This document shows, one piece after another, positions 1-12,150 of a stretch of 64,000 bases of DNA. The position numbers were made by a program, and so were the translations under genes. The notes below the pieces were generated by a model. It did not search any database and was not told the origin of the DNA. It worked only from the letters and a program-made list of their open reading frames with translations. Each line of letters begins with the position of its first letter. The stretch's first letter is position 1. This DNA comes from Hypanus sabinus (taxonomy: Eukaryota), in NCBI RefSeq assembly GCF_030144855.1, contig NC_082731.1, positions 24,676,001 through 24,740,000 on the forward strand, read 5' to 3'.

Positions 1-1274
1 ACGTGTCAATGAACTTTCTAAATATATCTTCTGGTAATGTAATTTTTAAAGTATCCTAACGATTGCAACATGGTACGTTACGGTGCTGCCATCCGGCGAT
101 TTCAAAAAAGCCCTGCAGATTACTTCAATCTGCACAATGTTCAACTGAGACGTCACTATCCTGTAGTTACAACAGAGCTGCTAAAATAGAAACAGAAAAG
201 TCAACCTAACAGCATCAATCATCAAGGATCAACGTCGCCATTTAAGGCCAGTATTGGGTTAGTTTTATTATTTCTCTATACATATTGAGCTGGGCATTTC
301 GTTATCTGTGTTCAACTTGTGCGTGTCCTCATCTCCGTATGCTCTGCTCAGGAAAGTGCCTCACTTACATTGCAGCTGTGAAGTGTCAAAGACAGAACTG
401 GAAAGACAACTCTTCCAAGCACATGCTTGGATTCGGAAAGTGGCAGTCGATTGAATTCCAAATCATGAAGGTCTAGCGTTATATAGTTAGGTACCTGATG
501 GCAGCAATCGATGTTAGTCTACAAGGTACCATCGTATAGTATAGTTGTGGGAATATTTTCTGATTCTATTTGGATTTTTTTGCGGATCAAAGTCAGGTAG
601 GTATGCAAATCACAACTGCTCAAAACCAACTAATATTGCCATTTTATAATAAGAGTACTCGGTGTCCTGAAGGACTCTGCAGTCTCGCTGCTATTTGCAT
701 TGTTCAAATTGATTCCCTGTCCACCTTGTGTTACATTAGTTTCAATTCAGCCACAAAATGGTCTTCTGGTCCCCGAATACCTTGGGTTGACGTATATTTG
801 GAAACATCTATAACTAAGTCATATAATCACACTTTTATGACCTGAGGAATCCCAATGTTTGAATCAAGTAATTCCTCTTAAACGCCTCCGCAGTTTCGAT
901 TACTGACTGTCTAACTGACTTTGGACAATGTCTTTGCACCTAAGCCATAAACGTCTAGTAGCATGTTGCAGATATCAACCATTCCCATTGCAAATAATCA
1001 TAATTTTACACCCTTTGATTCTTCAATGTCTCGTCCGATACTTTGCCTTTAAAACTACTGTTAAAATGCTTCGGACGAAGAGCCACGTCAATCCCATTAA
1101 AACGCAACGTCAGTTTAGAACCCATTGTAATATAATGTTATGTATCGAAAGTGGCACAGTTGCTTCTGCTTCACTGAAAATAAAAAAAAACGCTCAAAAT
1201 TTGCATTTCAGTGAATAAAAATATGATCCCTGAAAAAATAAAAACAATGTTCTGATAAGCAACACACAACACAC

Positions 1275-2238
1275 AGTTACGTACCCCTTAACTGGGTGTC
1301 TAATCAGCAGAGAAAGAGGTATCCGTTGGAGTCCGGTGGTACTACTTTCAAACAGTGTTTATTTGTAAAATACACAAATCAATATCAATAATGCAAATAT
1401 ATAGATAATACACGTTAGTAAGAATAAACCTAAACGTGTGGGTATAACAATAATAAACAAGCTCTATCGTTGTCTAGGGAAGAATGAATTGCCATATAGA
1501 AGTATAAAGTTCAGTTCAGTTCATACGTGCTGAGGTAGATGTTGGTTGTTGTGTTGAATCGTTGGAGGGAGAGAAATAGATCTGTAACAGCTACACGCAG
1601 GCAAACCTTCCTTCACGTACTTAATCCATCGTGTCGTTGCGGCCATTCATTTATGACCCCTCTGTCCCTCAGCTAGACCGTTCTTCTGTGTTAGACTCGC
1701 CACTCTGGGATAAGTGGACACATACAGAAGCCATCACAGGCCCTGCTATAACACTGTCAGTTAAAGTGACGGATCCTTTTTTCGGTCTCCGATGCCCCAC
1801 GCCTTCAGGTGGGTTCCAACACTCAACCAGTGCTGAATAGTGTTTCTCCAGGTGTGTCTGAGGGGTGTCTCCCCAGACCTCACATTTATCCCTACTCACG
1901 GTGTCTCAGTTGTCAATAAATTTTGAATGGCTTTTTCATTGAAATCAGTCTGTCCACTGAGGAATTTTAATGAACAGAATGGTATAATGTAAACAACCCT
2001 CTCAGAAGCCATAAGTCTTTCAGAAGTCATAGTATTGTGAATCAACAAGTATATCTCTCCCTGCTTTAGCTCTTTCTTTTCTGTAGCAGATGTTCCAGTT
2101 CCAGCATGTTTTCTCTTGCACCTCTCTCTCTCATTAACAGCATTTTAACAGTAACGGTTTGTGAATCTCCCGGGGGGGGAGGGGTCATGGGCAATTCTGC
2201 TCCCTTCTGCCCATCCGAGCTGTTCATAATTCGTAACA
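1275..2238 (-). repeat. 3' LTR of Gmr1-like element
   Basis: Colinear with 5655-6650 (e.g. GTACCCC.TAACTGGGTG...AGAGAAAGA.GTATCCGTTGGAGTC...CGTAACA). Confidence 0.9.
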
Positions 2239-2251
2239 CCTCTATCCTTTT
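2239..2251 (-). other. Polypurine tract
   Basis: Minus strand AAAAGGATAGAGG directly before the 3' LTR. Confidence 0.65.
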
Positions 2252-3810
2252 GAGAATTTTCACTAAGGTGAAAATTAACTAACACAGCGTCTTAAAGAAT
2301 TACAGAATCTAACAAAATACAGAAGTGTTCTTTCCTGCACAGATAATACAGCTATACATTCAATTTAGCATTTAATCAACAGTCAGCAATTACATTGTAA
2401 CTCCCTTTAATATGTTGTATCTTAATATCAAATTCCTGTAGCATCAGACTACAATTTTTAACTACCTATTTTTTATTTCATTTCGTCAGCAAAAAAAATA
2501 CGAAAGGGTTGTGTTCTTAGCTTAGTTGTATATTACAAAATGTGAACTATACAGATGTGATTACATATAGTACATTCCAGAAGTTTGTGCAAATACTAAT
2601 CTCTATTTTACATTTAAACTAAACAGTCAATCTTCCATAGTGTTTTCTTTATTATTTGCATGCTTTGTCGAATTCCCTCAACACCAGATCCTATTATTCA
2701 ACGTAGCATTTGGTCAACCGTTGCTCCTTTTTCGCTTAACTCTCACATGGTTAGCTTGCTCACCAGTGTGGAATAGACCTTCACATACTCCTTTCAAAGG
2801 AGTTAACTTATCACTAATGTTTTCTAAACTTAGCCCATTTTCTGAACTTCCACACAATTCTTTATTTTTGAGGAAGTCATTAATTTTATTTTCAGTACCC
2901 TTCATTCCATTAGTTTTCAGATTAACATCTGCAAGGGATCCCTCTTTGTCAAAGCAACACTTCTCGTTTTGTCTCTCCAAATCACCTCCTTGAATAACTT
3001 CAGCGAGTTGTTTAGCTTTAAATTCCAAAACAAACAGTAATTGATTCACAGGCACCTTGTTAACAAGCCATTGTTCCTTCAGCCTGGTTATCCCTTTTGA
3101 AACCAATCCTGATTTAAATTTTCTTTATTCAATTTAGGAACAACACCTTCCTTTCTCCTTCAATAATATTCACAGCGCCAGCTTTGCTCTCCTCACTGAC
3201 TTTTAACACACCTTCTAACAGAAACAAATGAGAATTCTCACTTTCCACTGGCACCAGGGTTAGCCCTTTCTTCACTGAACCAAGTCCATCTGACCCAAAA
3301 GGACTGCTTTCCTTTTTAACTAAATCAGATACCTCAGACTTTTTCTGAGCTTCAACACTAGGTTCAGTATCTTGTGACTCCCCAGGTACTTCAACAACCT
3401 GAACACAAGCAAACGGGACATCTGCCTCTCCAAGGCTTACAATATCCGTCCCTTTTTCAAATTCTAAGTTCCCCTGATCCTCTCATTTACTCTCTGGTCA
3501 TCTCCCATCCAGAGTAAACTCAACCCCGCGGGCTGAAACAACTTCATCAGCTAAACCAGCAGACTCCTTCAAGGTAATGTCATACTTTTCATTTAGAACT
3601 GCCCTTACATCATTATCGGGAAAACATTAAAATTCTTCTACTTCTTCAAACAGTTCTGTCAAACCAGATAGATCATCCTTGTCCAACCCTGGACCTTTTA
3701 CCTGGCTCATTTGTTTCTCTTCTTTACTCTGTGCCTCCATGAATTCCCTCCTGGCTAAGGGGAGGACTACCTCCTCTCCTTTACTCTCTTTCACCGCACT
3801 ATCCTCCGTT

Positions 3811-5539
3811 TTACCACCATCTAACCCCTCTTAGTCGGATAAAAAACGTTTCAGCCAAAGCAACACTGGACTCATTTAAACTGTCCTCTTTCGCAGCCGC
3901 CTTTCTCGACATGCCGCGTGTGATTGCGCATGCGGGATATATATGAAAATCTGGGGGCGGGTCCTCAGCACTCACGGGCTTACTTGTCAGCTTCACTGTT
4001 GAACACACGTCACCACCTGCTAAATCATTAGCAAGAAGGACGTCCACGCCGTCTCTCGGTAATTCTGACCTATTTCGACTGATCTAGATAGAGGTTACAT
4101 TTTAAAATGATCCTGTGCAAAAGGTACAGCTTCAGTCCCTTGTCCTATGCCTCTTAATACCATCTCTCCAAATTCAGGACCGAAATCTAGCACCTCACTT
4201 AGGATCAGTGACTGATCAGCCCCAGTATATCTCCAGAACCTCACTGGAACTGGGGTTTCTCCTACTTTCACCTGGCACCGTCCCTTCCGAAATACATTTC
4301 TCACGCTCCTCTTGTGCTCTATCTAACTTTACCTCCCTCATCGACCTGTTGACCGACTCAAAACACCCTGTCGGGAATGCTGTTTTCCCTTTTCCTATCT
4401 TCTTTTTCGGAGCCAATCACTTAAATGAAATATGACCAACTTTTCCACAATTATAACAGTTCAAGCCTGGAAACTTCCTGCCTGCTTGCTTTTCCTCGCC
4501 CTCATATTTTCCACTTGCTCCAGGCTTAATCTCAACCTTAGCCGGTGGACTTTCTCTATCGTCCCTACTGCCTTTCTGGTAACTCTTATTTGGGGGAAAC
4601 TTTGTCTTCTGGGTGAGGGCATATTTATCTGCAAACCTGGCAAATTCTGATATCGATTTATTCGTCTTCTCTTTCAGGTACGTCCAGATATTATCCGAAA
4701 CACAACCGATAAATTCTTCCATAAGAATTAACTCGATTAAACGATGGAATTCCTCCTCCACCCTTTCTGCAGCACACCAACAATCCAAAAGCACACCCTT
4801 CTCGTCGGCAAACTCTGTATACGTGTGATTCCACATTTCTTTAAATCCCTGAACTTTTGTCTATACGTTTCAGGTGCCAATTCGTAGGTCCGAAAGATAG
4901 CCTGTTTTACTTCCTCATGAGCCTCAGACTCTTTCATTGGACAATGCCGAATATGCCCGTTGTGCCTTCCCTTATATAAAAAAAAAATGTAACAACGCCA
5001 CCCACTGATCTCTGGGCCACTTCTGATTCACTGCCACCTTTTCAAAATGCAAGAAGTACCTATCAGCATTCGTCTCCTCGAACGGAGGCGCTACCCTAAG
5101 CTCCCTTCAAACATTAATCTTCTCCTCTCGGTCTGCCCCGCTACCCACATGTTGTCATCTCTCCCTCTCGAACTGCCGTTGTTTCTCTACATACTCCATC
5201 CGACTTTCAGCTTCCTATTTCCTTTTTTTTAGCTTTCCTTTCTTCCACCTCTGATTCCAGCTGCCTCTCCTTCTCCTTCTCAGCCAACCTTAATTGCCCT
5301 ATCTCTAACTGAACCTCTCTGTCGGCTGGTTTCATCTCAGGGAACAAATCCAATTCATCCATTTGGAAAACACCCTCGGATACAAAATGCATAGCTGTTG
5401 CCCTCTGTAACTCCCTTTTTCTCATCGACGATTTCACCGCCGAGAGCTTTAATAGTTTCGCAACGCTCACCAATTCCACCTTCCGGGCATCCTCCAATGC
5501 CCCCGAAGTCGTGTTCTTTATACATTTGTCTATTTCCAT
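3811..5539 (-). pseudogene. Frameshifted gag-protease of Gmr1-like element
   Basis: ORF pieces: coiled-coil N-terminus (5207-5539), SCAN-like YELAPETYRQKFR...EEF..C (4417-4937), CYNCGKVGH knuckle, protease remnant VPVRFWRYTGADQSLIL, and VLLANDLAGGDV. Confidence 0.8.
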
Positions 5540-5629
5540 CTCTGCTGGTTTCCCGTCTGGTTACCCACGCAACCAGATCAGATAATGGACATATAGCCCG
5601 ATTCACTGGCCCCCGAATTTGGTAATCAA

Positions 5630-5650
5630 ATCCCGGAAGACGAGGCCCTG
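5630..5650 (-). other. Primer-binding site (degenerate tRNA-Pro type)
   Basis: Minus strand CAGGGCCTCGTCTTCCGGGAT next to the 5' LTR, resembling TGGGGGCTCGTCCGGGAT. Confidence 0.6.
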
Positions 5651-5654
5651 AATT

Positions 5655-6650
5655 CGTTCAGTACCCCGTAACTGGGTGCCCAACCAGCAGAGAAAGAAGT
5701 ATCCGTTGGAGTCTGGTGGTACTATTTTCAAATTGTGTTTATTAGTAAAATACACAAATCACTATCAATACTGCAAAGATATAGATAATATATGATAGTA
5801 GTAATATACCTAAAAGTGTGGGTATAATAATAATCAATAATAAATAAGCTCTATCGATGTCTAGGCGATAATGAATTTTCATATACAAGTATAAAGTTTA
5901 GTTCAGTTCATACGTGTTGAGGTATGTTGGTTGTTGTGTTGTAATCTTTGGAAAGAGAGAGGGAGAGAGCGAGCAAGCTGTAACAGCTACAGGTAGGCAA
6001 ACCTTCCATCACGTTCTTGATCCGTGGTTTTGTTGTGGCCATTCAGGTATGACCCCTCTGTCCTTCAGCTAGATCGTCCTTCTGTGGTGGACTGGCCACG
6101 CTGGCATGTGTGGACACATACACAAGCCCCTACCGGCCCTGCTATAACACTGTAAGTTAAAGTGACCGGTTCTTTGTTCGGTCTCCGATGCCCCACACCT
6201 TCAGGTGGGTTCCAACACTCAAACAGTGCTCAATAGTATGTCTCCTGGTCTGTCTGAGCGGTGACTCCCCAAACCTGACTTTTATCCCTACTCACGGTGT
6301 CTCAGTTGACAATCAATTTTGAATTGCTTTGTCCATCACATCAGCGCATTCCGGCTGTCCAATGAGGAATTTTAATGAACAGAATAGTATAAAGTAAACA
6401 ACCCTCTCATAAGCCATGTATTTCAGAAGTCATAATATGCTGAATCTACAAGTCTCTCTCTCTCTCTCCCCCTGCTTTATCGCTCTGCTATCTGTAGCAG
6501 ATGTTCCAGTTCCAGCATGTTTACTCTTCCATCTCTCTCTCTCGTTAGCAGCATAGTAACAGTATCGGTTTGTGATTCTCCCGGGGGGGGGGGTGGGCAT
6601 GGGCAACTCTGCACCCTTCTAACCATCGGAGCTGTTCATCCTTCGTAACA
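5655..6650 (-). repeat. 5' LTR of Gmr1-like element
   Basis: Direct repeat of 1275-2238 with visible substitutions and indels. Confidence 0.9.
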
Positions 6651-6827
6651 ACACAAAATGCTGGTGGAACACAGCAAGCCAGGCAGCATCAGGCAGACTG
6701 ACGAAGAGGCTCGGCCCGAAACATCGACAGTGCTTCTGCTTTAGATGCTGTCTAAAGCATCTCCTTTAGATGCTGTCACATGTTGTGTATGTTGCTTGAA
6801 TTTCCAGCATCTGCAGATTTCCTCGTG
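6651..6827 (+). mobile_element. Penelope-like element terminal-repeat fragment with degenerate hammerhead core (5' few bases lie at ~1257-1274, left of the Gypsy)
   Basis: ACACAAAATGCTGGTGGAACACAGC...CTGACGAAGAGGCTCGGCCCGAAACATCGAC...TTTCCAGCATCTGCAGATTTCCTCGTG. Confidence 0.65.
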
Positions 6828-7371
6828 AATGTTCAGATAAAATGTATCTCTCCATATGCACAATCTGAACGAGGAGTCTGAATTGAATTACATCACACCA
6901 CCAATTCACAGATAAGTGCCGACATTTCGAGAGTCAGTACTGAATTTTGGTGCAGGGCTAGGATGTCATATGCGAGGGCCTTCGTATTCCAATTTATCGA
7001 GCTGCAACACCAACAGTCCGTACATCGGCAGAATGCTCTTCATTGTCGATCCATTTTGATCTATCAACTGCATTGAACAGTGGGGCAATCGAATCCCCCC
7101 TACGGTTGATTCTCAAGTATGTTTTGAAACACATACGTACTGGATCCCGAGATCTCTTGTTTTAATCGCCTACGTCATCGAAATACTGGAAAACAGTTTA
7201 TTTCTAAGTCAAATATAAAATATCTGCAAACATATTTCTGAAATGACAAATCCATTCTTTTCCCACCTTTTACTCAGACATGATGTTTGCCTATTGTTAC
7301 TACTGCTATACCGTCTACGAATTGGATTTACTGATGAATTGTTGAAATAGTTTATCCGTTTTCTTCTCATA

Positions 7372-7625
7372 GTAGCTAAGTGGTTAAGGCGTTGTTCTAG
7401 TAATCTGAAGGTCGCTAGTACGAGCCTCGTCTAACGTGGTGTGTTGTGTCCTTGAGCAAGGCACATAACGGCATATTGCTCTGGAAAGATACTGGAGCCA
7501 AGCTGTATCAGCTCTTGCCCTTCCCTTGGACAACATTGGTGGCAACTGCCGGTCCCCCATGCAAACTTTTCCATGCCTTCGTCCTAGAACATGAACAAGG
7601 GGAAAATCGATGGCCTCTCGAGGTT
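7372..7625 (+). mobile_element. tRNA-derived SINE
   Basis: A-box TAGCTAAGTGGTTAAGG, degenerate B-box GTACGAGCC, and GTGTCCTTGAGCAAGGCAC core. Confidence 0.65.
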
Positions 7626-8170
7626 AACAGATATCTGTATATTTCTTTTCTTCTCGTAATGTAATTGCTGCAAGAACTGAGAAGTGCCAGAACTCACCCA
7701 TTCTCTTGGGGAATGAATCTTGCTCTCTGTTGTAGGAACTTTTCAAATGGTTGTTGTAGGTAATCTTCAAAAATAAAATCCAAAATATATGTAACTCAAT
7801 AAAGTACACAGAGACGGCCGTGAAAAAGAATTTTGTCCTTCTACTGCTTACCATATCTGAGGCATTCTATATTGCATTAGTGCCATTGGAACGAAGCCAC
7901 TTAAGTGCTCTTGTTATCAAAACAAAATGAGTCTGATCTTCAGAGAAAGGCGAACAGTATCAATAGGAAGGCAAGGCATGGCTTCAGCATGCACTGTGTC
8001 CATTTATATACTCTCCAGATAATTGTATTTTTATGGCGCAGGACAAGATCACGTTATCAGCAACATAGATCGCTTCAAGAAAAAATAAATAAAGACGTTT
8101 ATCAAACCACCTAAGCAGCAAAATGCTCTTATAACGATGGGATTTACTCGCAATAGTGAATAGAATCGGA

Positions 8171-8325
8171 TGGAAGAAGACAGAGAGTGAGAGCGAGAAA
8201 GAGAGAAAAGAAAGAGAGGAATAGAGAGACGGAAAGAATGAGAGAAATAGCGAGACAGCGGGAGAAATAAGAAAAAAAATAGAAACAGCCAGAGAGAAAG
8301 AATCAGCGATTGAGTTAAAGATAGA
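8171..8325 (+). repeat. GA-rich low-complexity tract running into an assembly gap
   Basis: Purine-rich (GA/GAAA) runs ending at the N run. Confidence 0.7.
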
Positions 8326-8471
8326 NNNNNNNNNNNNNNNNNNNNNNNNNNNNNNNNNNNNNNNNNNNNNNNNNNNNNNNNNNNNNNNNNNNNNNNNNNN
8401 NNNNNNNNNNNNNNNNNNNNNNNNNNNNNNNNNNNNNNNNNNNNNNNNNNNNNNNNNNNNNNNNNNNNNNN
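8326..8471. other. Assembly gap
   Basis: N run. Confidence 0.98.
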
Positions 8472-8679
8472 GATGTTCCTGACGCATCCTGAAGCATAGA
8501 TTCATAGAATATCTACAGAGCATTACAAACAACTTTTACCTACTTTTCTGCTGACCATGTAATCCACATAAAAAATGCACAGAATTTTCCTATCAAATAG
8601 TCCTCTAATTTCTAAGCTGCACGTACCAATATAGGTTTTTCTTAAAATACCGTGTTCTATGCGCCGTAACCACTTTCAC

Positions 8680-8960
8680 CGCTAATGTATCCCAGGCACC
8701 CGACATTATCGTTGTGCAAAAACTTCCCTCTGTCATCCCCTTATAGCTATTTCCAAGCAGTATAAAACTGTTTTCTCTCCTGGTAACAGCTTCAGAGCTG
8801 GGAAATGTATCTTGCTATCCACACGATCAATGTCTCTCTGCAACTTGCATACCTCTATCAGGTCACCTCTCATCCTCCGTCACTCCAAGTAGGGAAGTCT
8901 TCACTAAACCTATTCTCATAAGGCATGCTCCACAATCCATAAACCGTCCTTGAACGTCCT
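8680..8960 (-). mobile_element. CR1 LINE 3' ORF2 fragment
   Basis: Reverse complement of the RRLRGDLIEVYK / DRVD region also seen in the plus-strand copies. Confidence 0.65.
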
Positions 8961-8980
8961 GAGCACTTCCTCTATATTAT

Positions 8981-11032
8981 CCTTGGATGCAGATAAAGCC
9001 TTCGATAGGATTGAGTGGAATTATCTTTTCAAGACCATAGAAAGTTTAATTTTGGGCCTAAATTTATTCTTTGGGTTAAATTAATTTACTTGTCTCCTAC
9101 CGCTCAGGTTATTGCAAACTCTCAAATTTATTGGCCCTTTAACTTACAGTGGGGAACTAGACACGGTTGCCCTGTTTTTTCTTTACTTTTGGCTTCAGAT
9201 ATAGAACCCTTAGAAATAGCATTTTGAGAATCTAAGGACATTTCTGGTATATTAAGGGAAGGAATGAATCATACGATTTCGTTATACGTTGATGACATTT
9301 TACTTTTCATCTCTAACACAGAAACTTCTTTAACTTCAGTTCTTCCTTTAATTTTCCAGTTTAGTTATTTTTCAGGATATAAGCTGACCTTACATAAAAG
9401 TGAGCTATTTCCTTTAAATGACCTAACGTCATCCAATGTCAAATTACCGTTCCAAGTTGTTACAAGTCAATTTGCATATCTAGCTGTAACCATTAATAAA
9501 AAACTTCAATTTATTTCAAGGGAACTTAAACACCTTATTGAATTATGTGAAAAGGTGCTTTCTAAATGGTCTCTTTCTTTATCCCTGATTGGCCTAATTA
9601 ATTCAATTAAAATGAAAACTCTTCCTAATTTTTAATATATTTCTTAGTCATCAAATATTTTTATTCGTTTATGTAAAGTGTATTTTCAAAGAAATAAAGA
9701 GATGGGTAGATTAGCCCTACCGAATTTTATGTTTTACCTTTGGGCTGCCAATATAAGGAATGTATCTTTTTGGTCCTATTATATTTATCGTAAAGATTGC
9801 TCATCATGGGTTCCTTTAGAATTTAATTCTGTAAAAAATTCCTCTATTGTGTCTCTTTTCTTGGATCATACTCTTCTTTTTCAGCAAATAAAACAAGAGA
9901 TAATATAATTGTTAAGCAAACTTTAAGAATTTGAGCTCAATTTAGGAATTTTTTTAGGTTAGCGAATTTTTCGTTATCATCTCCCATTCTGCATAATTAT
10001 TTTTTATCCCTTCCATATCTGACAAAGTCTTTAAGGATTGGGGTGTACTAGATATTATGTGTTTTTGGGACCTGTTTATATCAGGGTCTTTTGCTTCATT
10101 TGACCTATTGTCAACTAAATTTGCACTACCAAAAACACATCTTTACAGATACCCTCACATTAGAGATTTCTTACTTTTCCAATTAACTACTTTTCCGAAA
10201 GGTCCTGATAAAATTTTACTGGACGATCTTGTAAATTTAAAACCTTCTGTTAATAGTTGTAGACCAGTATCTATCACTTGCTGATTGATTCTAGGCAAGA
10301 ATTTTCAGGTAAAATTTAAACAAAAAGCTTGTGAGGATAACCTAAATTGTCAGATTTCTGATAAAAAATGGAATAACATTCTTAAACGGTTAATAATTCA
10401 TCTTTCTTTGCTCGTGATTTTCTTCTGCAATTTAATGTGGTTCACGGATTTTACATTTCAAAACAGAACTATCCAGATTTTTTTTTTTTCCGAACGTTTC
10501 TCCACCTTGTGATAAATGCAACTCTGTTGATGCCTGTTTAATGCATATGTTTTTGTTTTGTCCTAAAATTGAATTTTTTTGGCGGGAAGTATTCCATACC
10601 TTCTCACAACTTTATAGGTTCCAATTTGACCCACATACCCTTACCTCCTTGTTTGGTATCATTGCAAATGAAGATATAATTTTAAATACTCCTAACCAAC
10701 AGGTTTTAGTTTTTAACTCTGTTTTAGCAAGGAGAGCAATCTTGCTTAAATGGAAGGAGACTACCCCACCTTCATATCTTCAGTGGCTACGGGATATTAT
10801 GTCTTATTTAAATTTAGAGAAGATCCTCTACAGTCTTAAATTCGAAACAATCTTTTTATGATATCTGGGGAACTTTCGTAAATTTCTGTTCCAATTCATA
10901 AAGCTCAGCAGTGCACAGAATTGTATGTATATTTGATCTGCTCTTCGTAAGCGAATATGCTTTTCTTCTAATCATCCATATTCATCCATCAGGTTTTTTC
11001 TTTGGAAGTTGGTGTTGGGGGTTGACTTTTTT

Positions 11033-11067
<35 letters not shown>

Positions 11068-11095
11068 CGATATATGACCTATCAATAAATCTTAT
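8981..11095 (+). mobile_element. Decayed 5'-truncated L1-clade LINE (ORF2 RT to C-terminus, 3' UTR)
   Basis: LDADKAFDRIEWNYLF, LYVDDILLFIS, L1-type C-terminal C-x2-C...HMFLFCPKI..FW; many stops and frameshifts; AATAAA near 11085. Confidence 0.85.
11036..11064. repeat. (TA)n microsatellite in L1 3' UTR
   Basis: Direct reading. Confidence 0.9.
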
Positions 11096-11129
11096 TTTTT
11101 TTCTTCTGAATAAAAGTACTGTAAAAGGA

Positions 11130-12150
11130 ACTGGAGAGGGATTAATATCCTTGCGGTAGATACATAAATCATCTGGATCATATGCATAAATGATCTGGAT
11201 GATGGGGTGGTAAATTGGATTAGTAAGTATGCCGATAATGCTATGGTAGTAGGTGTTGTGGATAATGAGGTGGGTTTTCAAAGCTTACAGGGAGATTTAT
11301 GCCGGCTAGAAGAATGGTCTGAACGCTGGAAGATGGAGTTTAATGCTGAAAAGTGTGAGGTTCTACATTTTAGTAGGAATAATCCAAATAGAACATACAA
11401 CGTAAATGGTAGGGCATTGAGGAATGCAGTGGAACAGAGAGATCTAGGAATAACAGTGCATAGTTCCCTGACGGTGGAGTGTCATGAAGATAGGTTGGTG
11501 AAGAAGGCTTTTGGAACGCTGGCCTTTATAAATCAGAGCATTGTGTACAGAAGTTGGGATGCAATGTTAGAATTGTACAAGGCATTGGTAAGGCCAAATT
11601 TGGAATATTGTGTACAGTTCTGGTCACCGAATTATAGGAAATATATCAATAAATTAAAGAGAGTGCAGAGACGATTTTCTAGGATTTTACCTGGGTTTCA
11701 GCACTTTAATTACAGAGAATGGTTGAACAAGTTAGGTCTTTATTCATTGGAGCGTAGAAGATTGAGGGGGGATTTGATAGAGGTATTTAAAATTTTGAGA
11801 AGGATAGATAGAGTTGACGTGAATAGGCTGTTTCCATTGAGGAAAGGTGAGATTCAAACGAGAGGACATGATTTGAGTGTTGGGGGCAAAAGTTTAAGGG
11901 AAACACGAGGGGGGTGTTTCTTTACTCAGACAGTGATAACTGTGTGGAATGAGCTTCCTGTAGAAGTAGTGGAGGCCACTTCAGTTGTGTCATTTAAGGT
12001 AAAATTGGACAGGTATATGGACAGGAAAGGATTGGAGGGTTATGGGCTGAGTGCGGGTAGGTGGGACTAGGTGATATTAAGATTTCGGCACCGATTAGGG
12101 GGCCGAGATGGCCTGTTTCCGTGCTGCGATTGCTATATGGTAATATGGTT
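11130..12150 (+). mobile_element. 5'-truncated CR1 LINE, ORF2 C-terminal part open (11207-12070)
   Basis: SKYADN, MEFNAEKCEVLHF, LVRPNLEYCVQFWSP, RRLRGDLIEVFK, WNELP; short tandem tail. Confidence 0.9.

Larger units (their letters stand above)
1275..6650 (-). mobile_element. Complete non-autonomous Gmr1-like Ty3/Gypsy LTR retrotransposon
   Basis: Two direct LTRs (1275-2238 and ~5655-6650, both ending CGTAACA), ACAC TSD (1271-74 and 6651-54), degenerate tRNA-Pro PBS, PPT, frameshifted gag (SCAN-like, CCHC knuckle) and protease; no RT or integrase seen. Confidence 0.88.

Noticed and set aside
7992-7998. Isolated CACTGTG/CACAGTG heptamers (also ~34070, ~58042, 63061)
   Set aside because: No nonamer at 12 or 23 bp in either direction; several lie inside repeats.
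11207-12070. Longest ORF (287 aa) as a host gene
   Set aside because: It is the C-terminal part of CR1 ORF2 in a 5'-truncated LINE copy.
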